A DNA stretch of 64,000 nucleotides from a bacterium (GTDB lineage Bacteria; Patescibacteriota; Saccharimonadia; CAILAD01; GCA-016700035), in the NCBI GenBank assembly GCA_020854115.1, contig JADZGC010000004.1, forward strand, positions 65,665 through 129,664, in the 5' to 3' direction. Position 1 is the stretch's first letter. Every line of letters begins with the position of its first letter. Made by a program: the position numbers and the translations under genes. Under the pieces are notes generated by a model that was given only the letters and a program-made list of their open reading frames with translations, was not told the origin of the DNA and made no database searches. Positions 48,584 through 59,222 of this stretch are shown in pieces.

Positions 48584-50269
48584 ATGAAAGAATTTGCGCG
48601 GATTGATTGGCGTCTGCCGCCTCAGGAAGAGGTACTTCTTGAGGATTTGGCTATGACTATTTTGTCACGCCGAGGATTCAGTGAGGCGCAGTCGCTTGAT
48701 AGCTTGCATCCACGGTATGATTCGCTTGGGGATCCATTCGGCTTACAAGATATGGAGCTGGCCGTATCGGCTATTCTAGATTTTCGTGATAAGAATGAGA
48801 AGATTATTATTTATGGGGACTATGATATCGATGGACTCACCGCCAGTAGCTTGCTAGCTGATGTGTGCAGTCAATTACATATCAAACATGAGGTATATAT
48901 ACCCGATAGGTTTGAAGAAGGCTATGGTATACATGTACGGGCTCTTGAAAAATTATCCGAGCAAGGTGCTCGCACGATCGTAAGTGTAGACTGTGGTAGT
49001 TCGGCGCTTGAGGCTGCACAAGCCGCCCAGCGGCTTGGGATTCGGCTCATCATCACTGATCATCACGCCCTTATCGCTCAAGAGCTGGAGGGTGCGTATG
49101 CGCATATTAATCCATTGCGGGAGGCGAACCAGTACCCTGAAAAATATCTTTCAGGTGTAGGAGTAGCTTTTGCGCTCGCACGAGCTCTCCAGCAAGCAAG
49201 TGAGTATTCAATTCCTGCAGGGCAAGAAAAATGGCTGCTTGACCTAGTAGCGCTTGGTACGATTTGTGATGTTGTGCCATTGACCGGCGAGAACCGGGTG
49301 CTGGCATCATATGGGTTGCAGGTATTGCGTAAGACACGTCGTGCTGGCTTACGAGCTCTCGCAAGGGTGAGTGGAGTTATGCTTGAAGGTATCTCGGCAG
49401 AAGATCTTGGCTTCAAGCTGGGGCCTCGATTGAATGCGGCCGGCCGACTTGAGCATGCACAGCATGCACTCAAGATGTTACTGGCAGTAGACTACGAGCA
49501 GGCGTTCGAGCATGCAGAGTACCTCCAGAAGCTAAATACTCAAAGGCAGGCTGATACAAAGTGGATCCATGAATCCGCCCGCGAGCAAGCGCAGCGATAT
49601 CTCGATGATCCAATTTTGGTCCTATCTGATACATCGTGGTCACATGGTATCGTTGGATTGGTGGCCAGCCGAATTAGCGAGGAGTATCATCGACCAGCGT
49701 TTTTACTGCAGCTGGAAGGTAATCTGGCAAAGGGGTCGGGGAGGAGTTATGCAGGTATTTCGATTATCGATATTATGCGGAAGCAAGATGCAATACTTGA
49801 TCGGTATGGTGGCCACGCTGCAGCCGCTGGTATGACTATAGCTTCCGAAAAGATAGATTTGTTTAGGGAACGGATGATCGAAACAGTATCACAGCTGGGG
49901 GATGACGTATGGACCAAGCAAGAGACAGTCGATGCCTGGTTGCAGCCAGAATTTGTTAGTCTTGAAGGATTCGCGCAACTTGAAAAACTCGAGCCTACTG
50001 GACGAGATCACCCGGGGGTACGATTTGTATTCGATGGAGAGATTACTGGCATCAGGCCGGTGGGCGCAGACGGGAGTCATTACCAGCTATCAGTTCGTGT
50101 CCAGGAACGAGAACAGCGCATGATTGCGTTTGGCGCCGCAGTTAAGTGGCCGTTGCTAAAAATGGGCGACATCATTCGTGGTGTCGTTCGACTGGGTCGT
50201 TCTGAGTGGCGAGGGGTGGCTCGCATAGAGGTGATGTTATTAGATATACTGGATAACCCATATGCCTAA
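48584..50269 (+). CDS. recJ: Single-stranded-DNA-specific exonuclease RecJ
   Basis: DHH motifs YGDYDIDGLTASSLL, ITDHH; DHHA1 GGHAAAAG. Confidence 0.9.
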   Translation: MKEFARIDWRLPPQEEVLLEDLAMTILSRRGFSEAQSLDSLHPRYDSLGDPFGLQDMELAVSAILDFRDKNEKIIIYGDYDIDGLTASSLLADVCSQLHIKHEVYIPDRFEEGYGIHVRALEKLSEQGARTIVSVDCGSSALEAAQAAQRLGIRLIITDHHALIAQELEGAYAHINPLREANQYPEKYLSGVGVAFALARALQQASEYSIPAGQEKWLLDLVALGTICDVVPLTGENRVLASYGLQVLRKTRRAGLRALARVSGVMLEGISAEDLGFKLGPRLNAAGRLEHAQHALKMLLAVDYEQAFEHAEYLQKLNTQRQADTKWIHESAREQAQRYLDDPILVLSDTSWSHGIVGLVASRISEEYHRPAFLLQLEGNLAKGSGRSYAGISIIDIMRKQDAILDRYGGHAAAAGMTIASEKIDLFRERMIETVSQLGDDVWTKQETVDAWLQPEFVSLEGFAQLEKLEPTGRDHPGVRFVFDGEITGIRPVGADGSHYQLSVRVQEREQRMIAFGAAVKWPLLKMGDIIRGVVRLGRSEWRGVARIEVMLLDILDNPYA

Positions 50270-52424
50270 GCAAAAGACATCCAGGATCATTCCGAAGTTT
50301 ATTCGCGATATGCAGTATACCGAAGATGAGCGTCAGGACATAGCTCGGGCATATTGGTTTAGTCGCGACAGGCATCGTAATCAGTTGCGAAAGAGCGGGG
50401 AGGCATACATTATTCACCCGATCGCTGTCGCACAAATACTGGCCGGATGGCACGTCGATATTCCTACGATACAGGCTGGATTGTTACACGATACCCTCGA
50501 GGACACGCAGACGACAAGTGAGGAGATTCGGGCTGAATTTGGTGAGGTGTGCACACAGTTGGTTGAGGCAGTTACGAAGATTGGGTCACTGCAATCTCAG
50601 ATTGCGCATACGGCTACTCCTGAATCGATTGAAAACATCCGAAAGTTACTCTTAGCGATGAGTCACGACATTAGAGTTATCCTCGTGAAGCTTGCGGATA
50701 GGCTGCACAATATGAGGACCATTCAATATCTGTCAGAGCACAAGCAGCGTCGTAAGGCACAGGAGACTCTTGATATTTATGCTCCTATAGCTGATCGATT
50801 AGGTATGGGTGAATTGCGTGCCGAGCTGGAGGATAGATCGTTTGCAGTGGTGCATCCAAAAGAATATGCGCGCATCAAAGAGCTTGCTCAACCCTATGTA
50901 AAACGTGGCGAGCAGCTTTTGGCGACGATTAAGCCGGAAATTGAGGCGGATTGTCGATCAGAGGGTATACAATTTGAGGTAACAAGTAGAATAAAAAACG
51001 TATTCAGTATACATAAGAAGCTTGCGAAGTATGACCAAGATTTCTCAAAAATACGTGATCTTGTTGCGCTCAGGATTATCGTTGAATCTATACCTGATTG
51101 CTATCGCGCGTTGGGCCTTATTCATGCACGATACAAGCCGCTTTTACTATTTATCAAGGATTATATCGCAGTACCAAAGCCCAATGGGTATCAGTCACTT
51201 CATACAACTGTTCTTGGAAAAAATCAGGTATTTGAAGTGCAAATTAGGACTCAGCATATGCATGAATATGCTGAGCAAGGGTTAGCTGCACACTTCTATT
51301 ACAACGAGTCAAAACAACAGCAACAATACAAGACTGGCGGAGGAGTAGTGTTGCCTAAAAAGTACGAATGGGTAAAAAATTTGCTCGACTGGCAAGAAGC
51401 GTTTGAGCATGAAAAAGACATACGGTCTGCATTGCAGCTTGACGTATTCCAGCAGCGTATCTTTGTATTTTCTCCCAACGGCGACTTGTTCGATCTACCA
51501 GAAGGCGCTACACCTGTAGACTTCGCTTTTGCGGTGCATACAGATTTGGGTATGGCATGCCGTGGCGCACGAATTAATGGCAAAATGATGCCACTGGATA
51601 CTCGACTTGAAAATCGAGATGTCGTTGAGATTTTTGCGTTTGTGAAAGCGCCGAGACCAAGTAGGGACTGGCTGAGCTTTGTTGTAACCGCGAAAGCACG
51701 CTCACGTATTAAGGCTTGGCTGCGCAATCAAGAGCGTACGACTGCCGAGCAGGAAGGTATGCGTTTGCTTGATGAATATATTCGCACTGTGGCTGATCGA
51801 AGCTGGGAACAGTTGCCTCCAAGTACAAAGCGAGTGGTGCTTGAGTCGTATGAGTTATCTGATAGTTCAGCGCTAGCCGAGGCTGTCTACGAGGGGAAGG
51901 TGAAGTTGGCAGACATCTCGCGGCTTGTATTAATGCAACGTCAGCAGCAGGCTAGAGCCTTCTTGCCTGTAAAATTCTTGCGCAAGCGTGGGCCACGACC
52001 GGTTTCTCTCGTACCCGGTATAGAGCGTGAGCATATTTCGCGTGCAGGATGTTGCTCTCCGACATATCCTCAGGAAATTGTGGGCTATGTAAGTCGCGCT
52101 GGGTTGATTCGAGTGCACCGAAAAGACTGTGATCGAATCGCTGCTGATTTCCAGCGTTGCCTTCCAGCTTATTGGTATTATGATTCGACTGACCGCATTC
52201 GCTTGAAAGGGGATTCGGCGATGGCCACCTCAATGCTCAAGGCCATATCTTCCTATCTATCTGCGTTTGATGCTCGTGCAGCAAAGATTACTCAAAACTC
52301 AATTGGGGATACCGTGGAGATAGAGGTTGCATTGAGCCTGGTGCGCATGGATCGCTGGGCTGATTTATTGAGGGCGCTACATCGTGTACCGGGAGTATTG
52401 GATGTAGAGCATATTGTCGGGTAG
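50262..52424 (+). CDS. rel: Bifunctional (p)ppGpp synthetase/hydrolase Rel/SpoT family
   Basis: HD domain HPIAVAQIL...LLHDTLEDT; synthetase region; TGS/ACT C-terminus; 720 aa. Confidence 0.9.
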   Translation: MPKQKTSRIIPKFIRDMQYTEDERQDIARAYWFSRDRHRNQLRKSGEAYIIHPIAVAQILAGWHVDIPTIQAGLLHDTLEDTQTTSEEIRAEFGEVCTQLVEAVTKIGSLQSQIAHTATPESIENIRKLLLAMSHDIRVILVKLADRLHNMRTIQYLSEHKQRRKAQETLDIYAPIADRLGMGELRAELEDRSFAVVHPKEYARIKELAQPYVKRGEQLLATIKPEIEADCRSEGIQFEVTSRIKNVFSIHKKLAKYDQDFSKIRDLVALRIIVESIPDCYRALGLIHARYKPLLLFIKDYIAVPKPNGYQSLHTTVLGKNQVFEVQIRTQHMHEYAEQGLAAHFYYNESKQQQQYKTGGGVVLPKKYEWVKNLLDWQEAFEHEKDIRSALQLDVFQQRIFVFSPNGDLFDLPEGATPVDFAFAVHTDLGMACRGARINGKMMPLDTRLENRDVVEIFAFVKAPRPSRDWLSFVVTAKARSRIKAWLRNQERTTAEQEGMRLLDEYIRTVADRSWEQLPPSTKRVVLESYELSDSSALAEAVYEGKVKLADISRLVLMQRQQQARAFLPVKFLRKRGPRPVSLVPGIEREHISRAGCCSPTYPQEIVGYVSRAGLIRVHRKDCDRIAADFQRCLPAYWYYDSTDRIRLKGDSAMATSMLKAISSYLSAFDARAAKITQNSIGDTVEIEVALSLVRMDRWADLLRALHRVPGVLDVEHIVG

Positions 52425-52534
52425 AATGTGTATATCCTTGGAGTCTTGCTGTTTTTGAGAAAATCTGCTAATATACATATCTGTTATGGTCAGATCATTG
52501 GCCCAATGCCATTAGAAAGGATTACGTATAAAAT

Positions 52535-52747
52535 ATGCTTCATGTTGAACGCAAGGATGATGAGTCTCTAGAGAGTTTGATTCGTCGTTTCAATAAGAAA
52601 GTGACTCAAGCTGGTATTTTGAGCTCGGCTCGTCGTAAAAAGTATTTCGAGAAGCCTCTCACCAAGCGCGAAGAGCGCGAGATTGCAATTCGTAAGCGTG
52701 TTCGAAAAGAGCAGAAGACACGCGAAATGCTTAGTATTCGAGGGTAA
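52535..52747 (+). CDS. rpsU: 30S ribosomal protein S21
   Basis: ESLESLIRRFNKKVTQAGILSSARRKKYFEKP. Confidence 0.9.
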   Translation: MLHVERKDDESLESLIRRFNKKVTQAGILSSARRKKYFEKPLTKREEREIAIRKRVRKEQKTREMLSIRG

Positions 52748-52749
52748 AT

Positions 52750-53190
52750 ATGGACTTAACACAGCGACTTGAAGCGGATCTCACAGAAGCTACCAAAGCT
52801 CGTGATGAGATCACGTTGCAGGTATTGCGTTTGTTGAAGGCCGCTCTCAAGAATCATTCGATTGAGCTGCGCCAGGACTTATCCCCTCAGGAGGCTTTGC
52901 AGATACTCCAAAAAGAAGCTAAGAAGCGTCAAGAGGCAATTCAGCAATATTCAGACGCCAATCGACAAGATCTGGTACAGAAAGAATCTGCCGAGCTACA
53001 GATTCTTGAGCGCTATCTTCCAGAGCAGCCTAGTGAAGCTGAAGTGCGTGCTGCTGCGCAGGATATCATCCGGGAGCAAAAGCTTTCAGGTCAGTCCGCT
53101 ATGGGGCAGCTTATCTCAGGGTTAAAAGATCATTTTGACGGACTAGATGGGTCTTTGGCTGCAAAGGTAGCTCGCGAGGAGTTGCTTTAA
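52750..53190 (+). CDS. yqeY: GatB/YqeY domain protein
   Basis: LKAALKNHSIEL, typical YqeY length and position after rpsU. Confidence 0.85.
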   Translation: MDLTQRLEADLTEATKARDEITLQVLRLLKAALKNHSIELRQDLSPQEALQILQKEAKKRQEAIQQYSDANRQDLVQKESAELQILERYLPEQPSEAEVRAAAQDIIREQKLSGQSAMGQLISGLKDHFDGLDGSLAAKVAREELL

Positions 53191-53193
53191 ATC

Positions 53194-53676
53194 TTGTCAG
53201 CCGTGCATGGATTGCGCTTTACTCTCGTCGATGCGCCGAAGCAAGTCATTCAATCTCAATGGGAGGAGTTGTTTTATGCTTGGGTCAAGCAGGAAAAACC
53301 CTCTCTTCGTGGCGAGGTGGTAGTGAGCTTTGTGATTCCAGCGGAAATGAAGGAGCTCTATTATCATAGTTTTGGTGAGCATACAGCTACTGATGTATTG
53401 TCTTTTCGATATCAAGCCCAGGACATCTCGCCAGACTCAGAAATAGAGAGCTCAGCTGGTGAGATCATAATTTGCACAGATGTGGCACGAAAGAATGCAA
53501 AGAAGCTGCATGTATCGCCAGGCAATGAACTCATGACGCTTTTTGTGCATGGCCTTTTGCATTTACTTGATTATGATCACGCAACCAATGCTGAGAGAGC
53601 TGCATTTAAAGCCAAAACCCATGCTATTATGAGGGTAGTTAATCAGGAGCCTGCGCCATTGTGGTTACTTTCGTAA
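53194..53676 (+). CDS. ybeY: rRNA maturation endoribonuclease YbeY
   Basis: HGLLHLLDYDH zinc-binding motif. Confidence 0.85.
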   Translation: MSAVHGLRFTLVDAPKQVIQSQWEELFYAWVKQEKPSLRGEVVVSFVIPAEMKELYYHSFGEHTATDVLSFRYQAQDISPDSEIESSAGEIIICTDVARKNAKKLHVSPGNELMTLFVHGLLHLLDYDHATNAERAAFKAKTHAIMRVVNQEPAPLWLLS

Positions 53677-54017
53677 GTTTTCGAAATGCCTGGAAGGGAT
53701 TGCGCGTCGTTGTTAGTCGTGAGCGAAATGCACGCTTTCATATTCTTATAGGAGCACTTACCTTAGGGGTTAGTCTGACACTCAGAATTAGTCTCCCAGA
53801 AATGGCTCTGGTGCTGGCTATGATTACACTCGTATTCTTCGCTGAAGTCGTGAATACGGCGGTTGAACGTACGTTAGACCTGATTGTCACCGAGAATAAC
53901 CAGGTTGTGAAGCTGGTGAAGGACATGATGGCAGGAGCGGTACTTGTGACTGCTGTTGGAGCAGTGCTAGTTGGGCTATGTGTATTTGGTCCCGTAATTG
54001 CTAGTTTGGTTACCTAA
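53661..54017 (+). CDS. dgkA: Diacylglycerol/undecaprenol kinase (DgkA family)
   Basis: RNARFHILIGALTLG...AEVVNTAVERTLD; three TM helices. Confidence 0.8.
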   Translation: MVTFVSFRNAWKGLRVVVSRERNARFHILIGALTLGVSLTLRISLPEMALVLAMITLVFFAEVVNTAVERTLDLIVTENNQVVKLVKDMMAGAVLVTAVGAVLVGLCVFGPVIASLVT

Positions 54018-54571
54018 TGATGATCATTGTTATTGCGGGCCCTCCAGGCGGCGGGAAAGATACACAGGCAGCTCGAATGGCGGAACGACTTCAAGCATAT
54101 ATTATTAGCCCGGGTGCGTTATTGCGTGCTGAGGCTACAGTGGATCAGGATTTGGCAGCGCAGCTTAAACGAGGCGATCTCGCCGACGATGATCACGTCA
54201 ATGAGCTTGTGGGTGAGGCGATGTTGGCGCATCGAGATCAGACGCTGATACTTGATGGCACACCACGACATGTACCGCAGGTAGCCTGGCTGAGGGATTT
54301 TCTAGAGAAGCACTTTAAGGGGATACAAACGGTCTTGGTGGAGCTCAGAGTTTCAGATCAGGAACTGCGGATTCGTGCTACTAAGCGTGGGCGGGCAGAT
54401 GACAGCCCAGCAAGCTTTGAGCACCGTCTTGACATCTATCATCAGGAGATTGTGCCGGCAATTCACGAATTGGCGCGATACATGCCGCATATAGTCGTGA
54501 ATGGGGAGCAATCGATTGATACGATTGCACAAGAGATTGCTGAAGCAATGAAAGAACGAGGATATTTATGA
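54017..54571 (+). CDS. adk: Adenylate kinase-like nucleoside monophosphate kinase
   Basis: P-loop IAGPPGGGKDTQA; 184 aa. Confidence 0.75.
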   Translation: MMIIVIAGPPGGGKDTQAARMAERLQAYIISPGALLRAEATVDQDLAAQLKRGDLADDDHVNELVGEAMLAHRDQTLILDGTPRHVPQVAWLRDFLEKHFKGIQTVLVELRVSDQELRIRATKRGRADDSPASFEHRLDIYHQEIVPAIHELARYMPHIVVNGEQSIDTIAQEIAEAMKERGYL

Positions 54572-55317
54572 GGACTCAAATCAAGACTCAAGATGAGATA
54601 GCGGCGATGCGTACTTCGGGTAAGATACTAGCTGAAATCTTGCAGCTGTTGAAGCAAGCCACACGGGTGGGTATGGCGACACAAGAGCTTGATCATATGG
54701 CTCGCGAGGAGCTCAAGAAGCGAGGAGCGAAGGCGGCTTTTTTAGGATACCAAGACTTTCCAGCAGCACTTTGTATTTCGATCAATGATGAGATTGCTCA
54801 TGGTATACCGGGTGATTACGTTTTGCAGGATGGAGATCTGGTTCATTTAGACCTAGGTGTGTCATATGAGGGGATGATCACTGATGCCGGTATAGGATAC
54901 GTGCTTGGTGAAGCAACTGATGATCAGCAGCGGCTGCTGATCGGTACTGAGAAGGCGCTTATGGCTGGCATAGTCATGGTCAAGGAAGGTGCTCGCACAG
55001 GAGATATCGGTGCTGCAATCGAGAAAACACTAGACAAGTATCGCCTCGATGTCGTGTATGAATTGGGTGGACACGGGGTTGGGCATACGGTGCATGAAGA
55101 TCCATTTGTCGGCAATTATGGTACGCCTGGCACCGGAGAATCGTTACGGGCGGGTATGACAATCGCTATAGAGCCGAATGTTAGCTTGGCTGGGCATGAG
55201 ATGTATTTGAAGAATAACGGCTGGACATGGTGCACAAAAACAGGTGCTTTAGCAGTACAATTTGAGCATACTGTTCTGGTAACAGAAGACGGTTACGAAA
55301 TTCTAACTCAAGTTTGA
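54568..55317 (+). CDS. map: Methionine aminopeptidase type I
   Basis: DGDLVHLDLGV, GHGVGHTVHE, metal-ligand pattern. Confidence 0.9.
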   Translation: MRTQIKTQDEIAAMRTSGKILAEILQLLKQATRVGMATQELDHMAREELKKRGAKAAFLGYQDFPAALCISINDEIAHGIPGDYVLQDGDLVHLDLGVSYEGMITDAGIGYVLGEATDDQQRLLIGTEKALMAGIVMVKEGARTGDIGAAIEKTLDKYRLDVVYELGGHGVGHTVHEDPFVGNYGTPGTGESLRAGMTIAIEPNVSLAGHEMYLKNNGWTWCTKTGALAVQFEHTVLVTEDGYEILTQV

Positions 55318-55419
55318 ACAAATATAATACTCATAAAAAGTAGTGCACAAAATATTTGCACTATTGGTTTGGGCGGTATACAATTTTTATATCCAATTGA
55401 CGAAGGGGTGAGATCACAT

Positions 55420-56658
55420 ATGGCTTCAAACAAAGGGGAAATCACAGCAGTCGGACTCGATATCGGTACTAGCCGGGTCGTGTGCTTGGTTGGTGTTGCT
55501 CAGCCTGACAGCCCTAGTGTATCTGTTGTGGGGATCGGTATTGCTTCTACTGCCGGCCTGCGGCGTGGAGTGGTCGTAGATATTGAAGAAACAGTTACGG
55601 CTATTACTTCTGCTCTCGAAGAAGCCGAGCGAATGAGTGGCGTTGTGATTGAAAGAGCAACAGTGTCTGTGGATGGTAGTCACATACAGAGCCTGAATTC
55701 GCGTGGTGTGATAGCCGTGAGTCGCGCAGATAAGCAGATTAGTCAGGAAGACATGTCTCGGGCGGCGGAAGCTGCGGCTGCACTTTCGCTTGAGACGAAT
55801 CGAGAAATATTACGTGTAATACCCCGCCACTACATAGTTGACGGTCAGAGCAATATTCAGGATCCATTCGGTATGAGTGGTGTGCGACTGGAGATAGATA
55901 CGCATGTTTTAACAGCATCCATACCTGCCATGAAGAATCTTGATGATGCCATCCATCGGGCTGGTATTACGGTCAATGGCCATATGATCGTCCCGCTCGC
56001 CGCAGCTCGAGCCTGTCTCACCAAGCGCCAGAAAGAGCTTGGTGTGGCGGTTGTCAATATCGGAGCTGAGACTACCGGTATTGCGATTTTTGAGGAGGGG
56101 CGAGTTGCATTCTCGAGCATTTTACCTGTAGGATCCAATCACATTACGAAGGATATTGTGTATGGTCTGCGGACTACAATCGACATTGCCGAGAAGATGA
56201 AGCTCACCTTTGCCACAGCTCGAAAGCCAAAGATTAAGGATACTACGAAGCTAGAGCTGAGCAAGATCGGTGCGAAAGGTGTGCTGCTGCAGAGAGAGTT
56301 AGATATGATCGTTTCATCGCGACTGGATGAAATGTGTGATCTTGTAAAAACTGAGATTACCCGCTCGGGCAAAGAGCACCTATTGTCAAATGGCATTGTC
56401 TTAACTGGCGGCGGCGCAAAGCTTGAAGGGTTACCTGAATATATTGAGGCTGCGGTTGGTATTCCTGCAGCGCTCGGAGAACCACAGGGGATCACGGGCA
56501 TCGTTGATAAGGTGAGGGGCGCATCGTTTGCAGTGCCTGTTGGGTTGATGCTCGAGGACCTGGATCGTCCGCAGGCCGGCAAGAGCATCAACGACCGCAT
56601 TGGGCAATTGTTTGGTCGAGCACAGAGTTTATTTCAGGGATTTCTCAATCGTGGGTAA
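55420..56658 (+). CDS. ftsA: Cell division protein FtsA (start at ATG 55420 behind GAAGGGGTGAG)
   Basis: VGLDIGTSRVVCLVG actin-fold phosphate-1 motif; upstream 17 codons of ORF track lack SD. Confidence 0.9.
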   Translation: MASNKGEITAVGLDIGTSRVVCLVGVAQPDSPSVSVVGIGIASTAGLRRGVVVDIEETVTAITSALEEAERMSGVVIERATVSVDGSHIQSLNSRGVIAVSRADKQISQEDMSRAAEAAAALSLETNREILRVIPRHYIVDGQSNIQDPFGMSGVRLEIDTHVLTASIPAMKNLDDAIHRAGITVNGHMIVPLAAARACLTKRQKELGVAVVNIGAETTGIAIFEEGRVAFSSILPVGSNHITKDIVYGLRTTIDIAEKMKLTFATARKPKIKDTTKLELSKIGAKGVLLQRELDMIVSSRLDEMCDLVKTEITRSGKEHLLSNGIVLTGGGAKLEGLPEYIEAAVGIPAALGEPQGITGIVDKVRGASFAVPVGLMLEDLDRPQAGKSINDRIGQLFGRAQSLFQGFLNRG

Positions 56659-56733
56659 AATGCATACAACAACTACTCATCCGGTGTACAAAAAAAATGC
56701 TCTAAATATTCGAGGTTTTATAATGAACCACTA

Positions 56734-56763
56734 TTTGACTCGAGCGTTGAGTAATGGGTATAC
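56734..56763 (+). promoter_or_regulatory. Putative ftsZ promoter TTGACT-N18-TATACT
   Basis: ttgact 56734-56739; tatact 56758-56763. Confidence 0.45.
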
Positions 56764-56883
56764 TGCAAATAGTTTGGGCAATATATGTGTGAAGCACATG
56801 CCGGTGCCGTCACGAGTGTGGGCTCGTGGCGATTTCTTGTTTGCTAACTATAGTCAAGCGTTAACTTGGGGGAGAGGGTAGTC

Positions 56884-58401
56884 ATGGCTGAAATTTTACC
56901 TGATATTGAAGCGTTTGCGCGTATTCGTGTGGTCGGCGTCGGTGGCGGGGGCGGTAACTCGTTAAACCGTATGGTCCAGTCGAAGATGCGCGGCATTGAG
57001 TTTATTGCTATCAATACAGATGCGCAGGCCCTGCATTACAGTCAGGCACACCGAAAGATTCATATCGGTAAGGAAACTACGCGCGGGCTCGGAGCTGGTG
57101 CTAATCCAGAGATTGGTAAGCAGGCTGCGGAAGAGAGTGAACAAGAGATATACGCTGCCCTTAAGAATAGCGAAATGGTATTTATTACTACAGGAGAGGG
57201 TGGGGGTACTGGTACGGGAGCTGCGCCGGTCATCGCCCAGATTGCGAAAGATTGTGGCGCGCTTACTGTAGGGATTGTGACAAAGCCGTTTAAGTTTGAA
57301 GGTGATCGACGTCGCAAGATGGCCGAAGAGGGAATCGCAGCGCTCAAAGATAAAGTCGATACGCTCATTATTATCCCTAACGATCGAATTCTACAGATTA
57401 TTGATCGCAAGACCTCGCTTCTCGATGCCTTCGCGACGGTCGATGATATTCTGCGACAGGGGGTACAGGGTATATCGGATTTGATTACGGTTAATGGCTT
57501 GGTTAACCTTGACTTCGCGGATGTCGAATCGATCATGCGTGATGCTGGGACGGCCCTCATGGGTATCGGACTTGGCAGTGGTGATAATCGTGCCGTAGAA
57601 GCTGTGAAGCAGGCAATTGATAGCCCACTTCTCGAGGTATCAATCCAGGGCGCTAAGGGCGTTTTGATTAACTTCACCGGTGGTCGTGATATGGGCATGC
57701 ATGAAATCGAGGAGGCAGCTAAGCTGGTTCACGATTCGGTTGATCCGGAAGCAAATATCATTTGGGGTATGGTAATGGATGAGAACTCCAATAACGAGAT
57801 AAAGGTAACACTCGTCGCGACCGGCTTTGATGTTGCTCGTGGGATGGCGGCTCAGGCTCACTTTGCTGGCCAGAGCCAGCTTTTTAATCGCACTGTTGGA
57901 GAACTGGAAGATAGTCATTGGGTAAATCAGTCTACAAGAGTGACTCAGACTACTATTGCGCAAAGTTCTGACCAGGAGCCACTCCGCCCGTCAGAAGAGA
58001 TGGGTGTGCCAGCATATGAATTCCGCGGAATTCGTGAAGAAGACCCTGAGCCGGCAGTCGAACCTAGTATTAAGGAAGAAGATGACCTGCTAGCAACTGG
58101 TCCTCGTGTGCGCGAGGATGCCTTACAAAATGTGAAGCCACTAATCACGCCTGATTCAGATCTAGACCCAGTTAGTTTCACAGATGAGGAGCCGGTGCGC
58201 GAACCAACATCTCACGGTATTGTTGCCGATGACAAACCCGAACCTGAGCCGGTGAGAGTTCAGGATAAGCCAATCGTCGAGACACTGTCGTCACACTTCG
58301 AGCGCGACGAAGAGGATGATTTAGATAAGCCAGCCTTCTTGCGGCAGGGGCGAAGTGTGGAGCGCTCTATTGTCGAGGATGATGATAATTCTAAAGAATA
58401 G
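56884..58401 (+). CDS. ftsZ: Cell division protein FtsZ with long acidic C-terminal tail
   Basis: [13 protein letters not shown] tubulin motif; NTDAQAL; ATG 56884 behind GGGGGAGAGGG. Confidence 0.95.
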   Translation: MAEILPDIEAFARIRVVGVGGGGGNSLNRMVQSKMRGIEFIAINTDAQALHYSQAHRKIHIGKETTRGLGAGANPEIGKQAAEESEQEIYAALKNSEMVFITTGEGGGTGTGAAPVIAQIAKDCGALTVGIVTKPFKFEGDRRRKMAEEGIAALKDKVDTLIIIPNDRILQIIDRKTSLLDAFATVDDILRQGVQGISDLITVNGLVNLDFADVESIMRDAGTALMGIGLGSGDNRAVEAVKQAIDSPLLEVSIQGAKGVLINFTGGRDMGMHEIEEAAKLVHDSVDPEANIIWGMVMDENSNNEIKVTLVATGFDVARGMAAQAHFAGQSQLFNRTVGELEDSHWVNQSTRVTQTTIAQSSDQEPLRPSEEMGVPAYEFRGIREEDPEPAVEPSIKEEDDLLATGPRVREDALQNVKPLITPDSDLDPVSFTDEEPVREPTSHGIVADDKPEPEPVRVQDKPIVETLSSHFERDEEDDLDKPAFLRQGRSVERSIVEDDDNSKE

Positions 58402-58410
58402 GCCCCGTTA

Positions 58411-58881
58411 ATGCGCTGTACGCAATGTCAGCAGCCAGATACGCGTGTACTTGAGTCTCGTGAGGTCGATGATGGTCGTGCAATTCGTCGTCGTCGGCTC
58501 TGCAATCATTGTGGCGCGCGCTTTACGTCTTATGAACGTGTCGAGCTGCCGCGCTTGCTGGTGGTCAAAAAGTCTGGGGAGCGTGAGCAGTATGATCGCG
58601 AAAAGTTGGCTCGAGGTATCTATCGGGCAGCCGAAAAGAGGCCCATTTCGGCTGAACAGATTGAAGACCTTGTAAGCAATATCGAGCGTGATGTGTATGC
58701 TCGAGGCGAATCGGAGTTATCTACACAGTCGATAGGTGAGATGGTGATGGAGGCGTTAGCGAGCCTTGATGAGGTGGCATATGTGAGGTTTGCAAGCGTC
58801 TATCGCAGTTTTACGAGCGCAGAAAGCTTTCGGGATCATATTGCGCAACTCAAGCGATCTACTCGCCGCAAAAGCACATAG
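58411..58881 (+). CDS. nrdR: Transcriptional repressor NrdR
   Basis: MRCTQCQQPDTRVLESR...CNHCGARFTSYERVE zinc ribbon + ATP-cone. Confidence 0.9.
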   Translation: MRCTQCQQPDTRVLESREVDDGRAIRRRRLCNHCGARFTSYERVELPRLLVVKKSGEREQYDREKLARGIYRAAEKRPISAEQIEDLVSNIERDVYARGESELSTQSIGEMVMEALASLDEVAYVRFASVYRSFTSAESFRDHIAQLKRSTRRKST

Positions 58882-58920
58882 GGCAGCGACATTTCTCCCA
58901 TCGACGACTATAATAGAACT

Positions 58921-59181
58921 ATGAAAATCCTTTTGCTTGGGAAGGCGCATACCCATGCGCAGTCAAGGGAATACGATCATTTGACGCAGCAAATTATTGC
59001 CGAAATAGGCCCAGTACGGTCAGTAAGTGCAAATTCTCGGGATGGGATCGCGCTCATGCAGCTGTATGACGTTGTGCAAACTCCTGCCTATGTAGTGACG
59101 CGCGATGATGGCACGCTGGTAGCCGTTTGGCAACATCGCAAGCCTACATTAGACGAAGTGAGTGCTGCCGTGCGCTCATAA
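58921..59181 (+). CDS. Hypothetical small protein
   Basis: 86 aa, no recognisable motif. Confidence 0.35.
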   Translation: MKILLLGKAHTHAQSREYDHLTQQIIAEIGPVRSVSANSRDGIALMQLYDVVQTPAYVVTRDDGTLVAVWQHRKPTLDEVSAAVRS

Positions 59182-59222
59182 GTGCCTGGTTTTATCCGTA
59201 AATAAACCGTATAATATACACC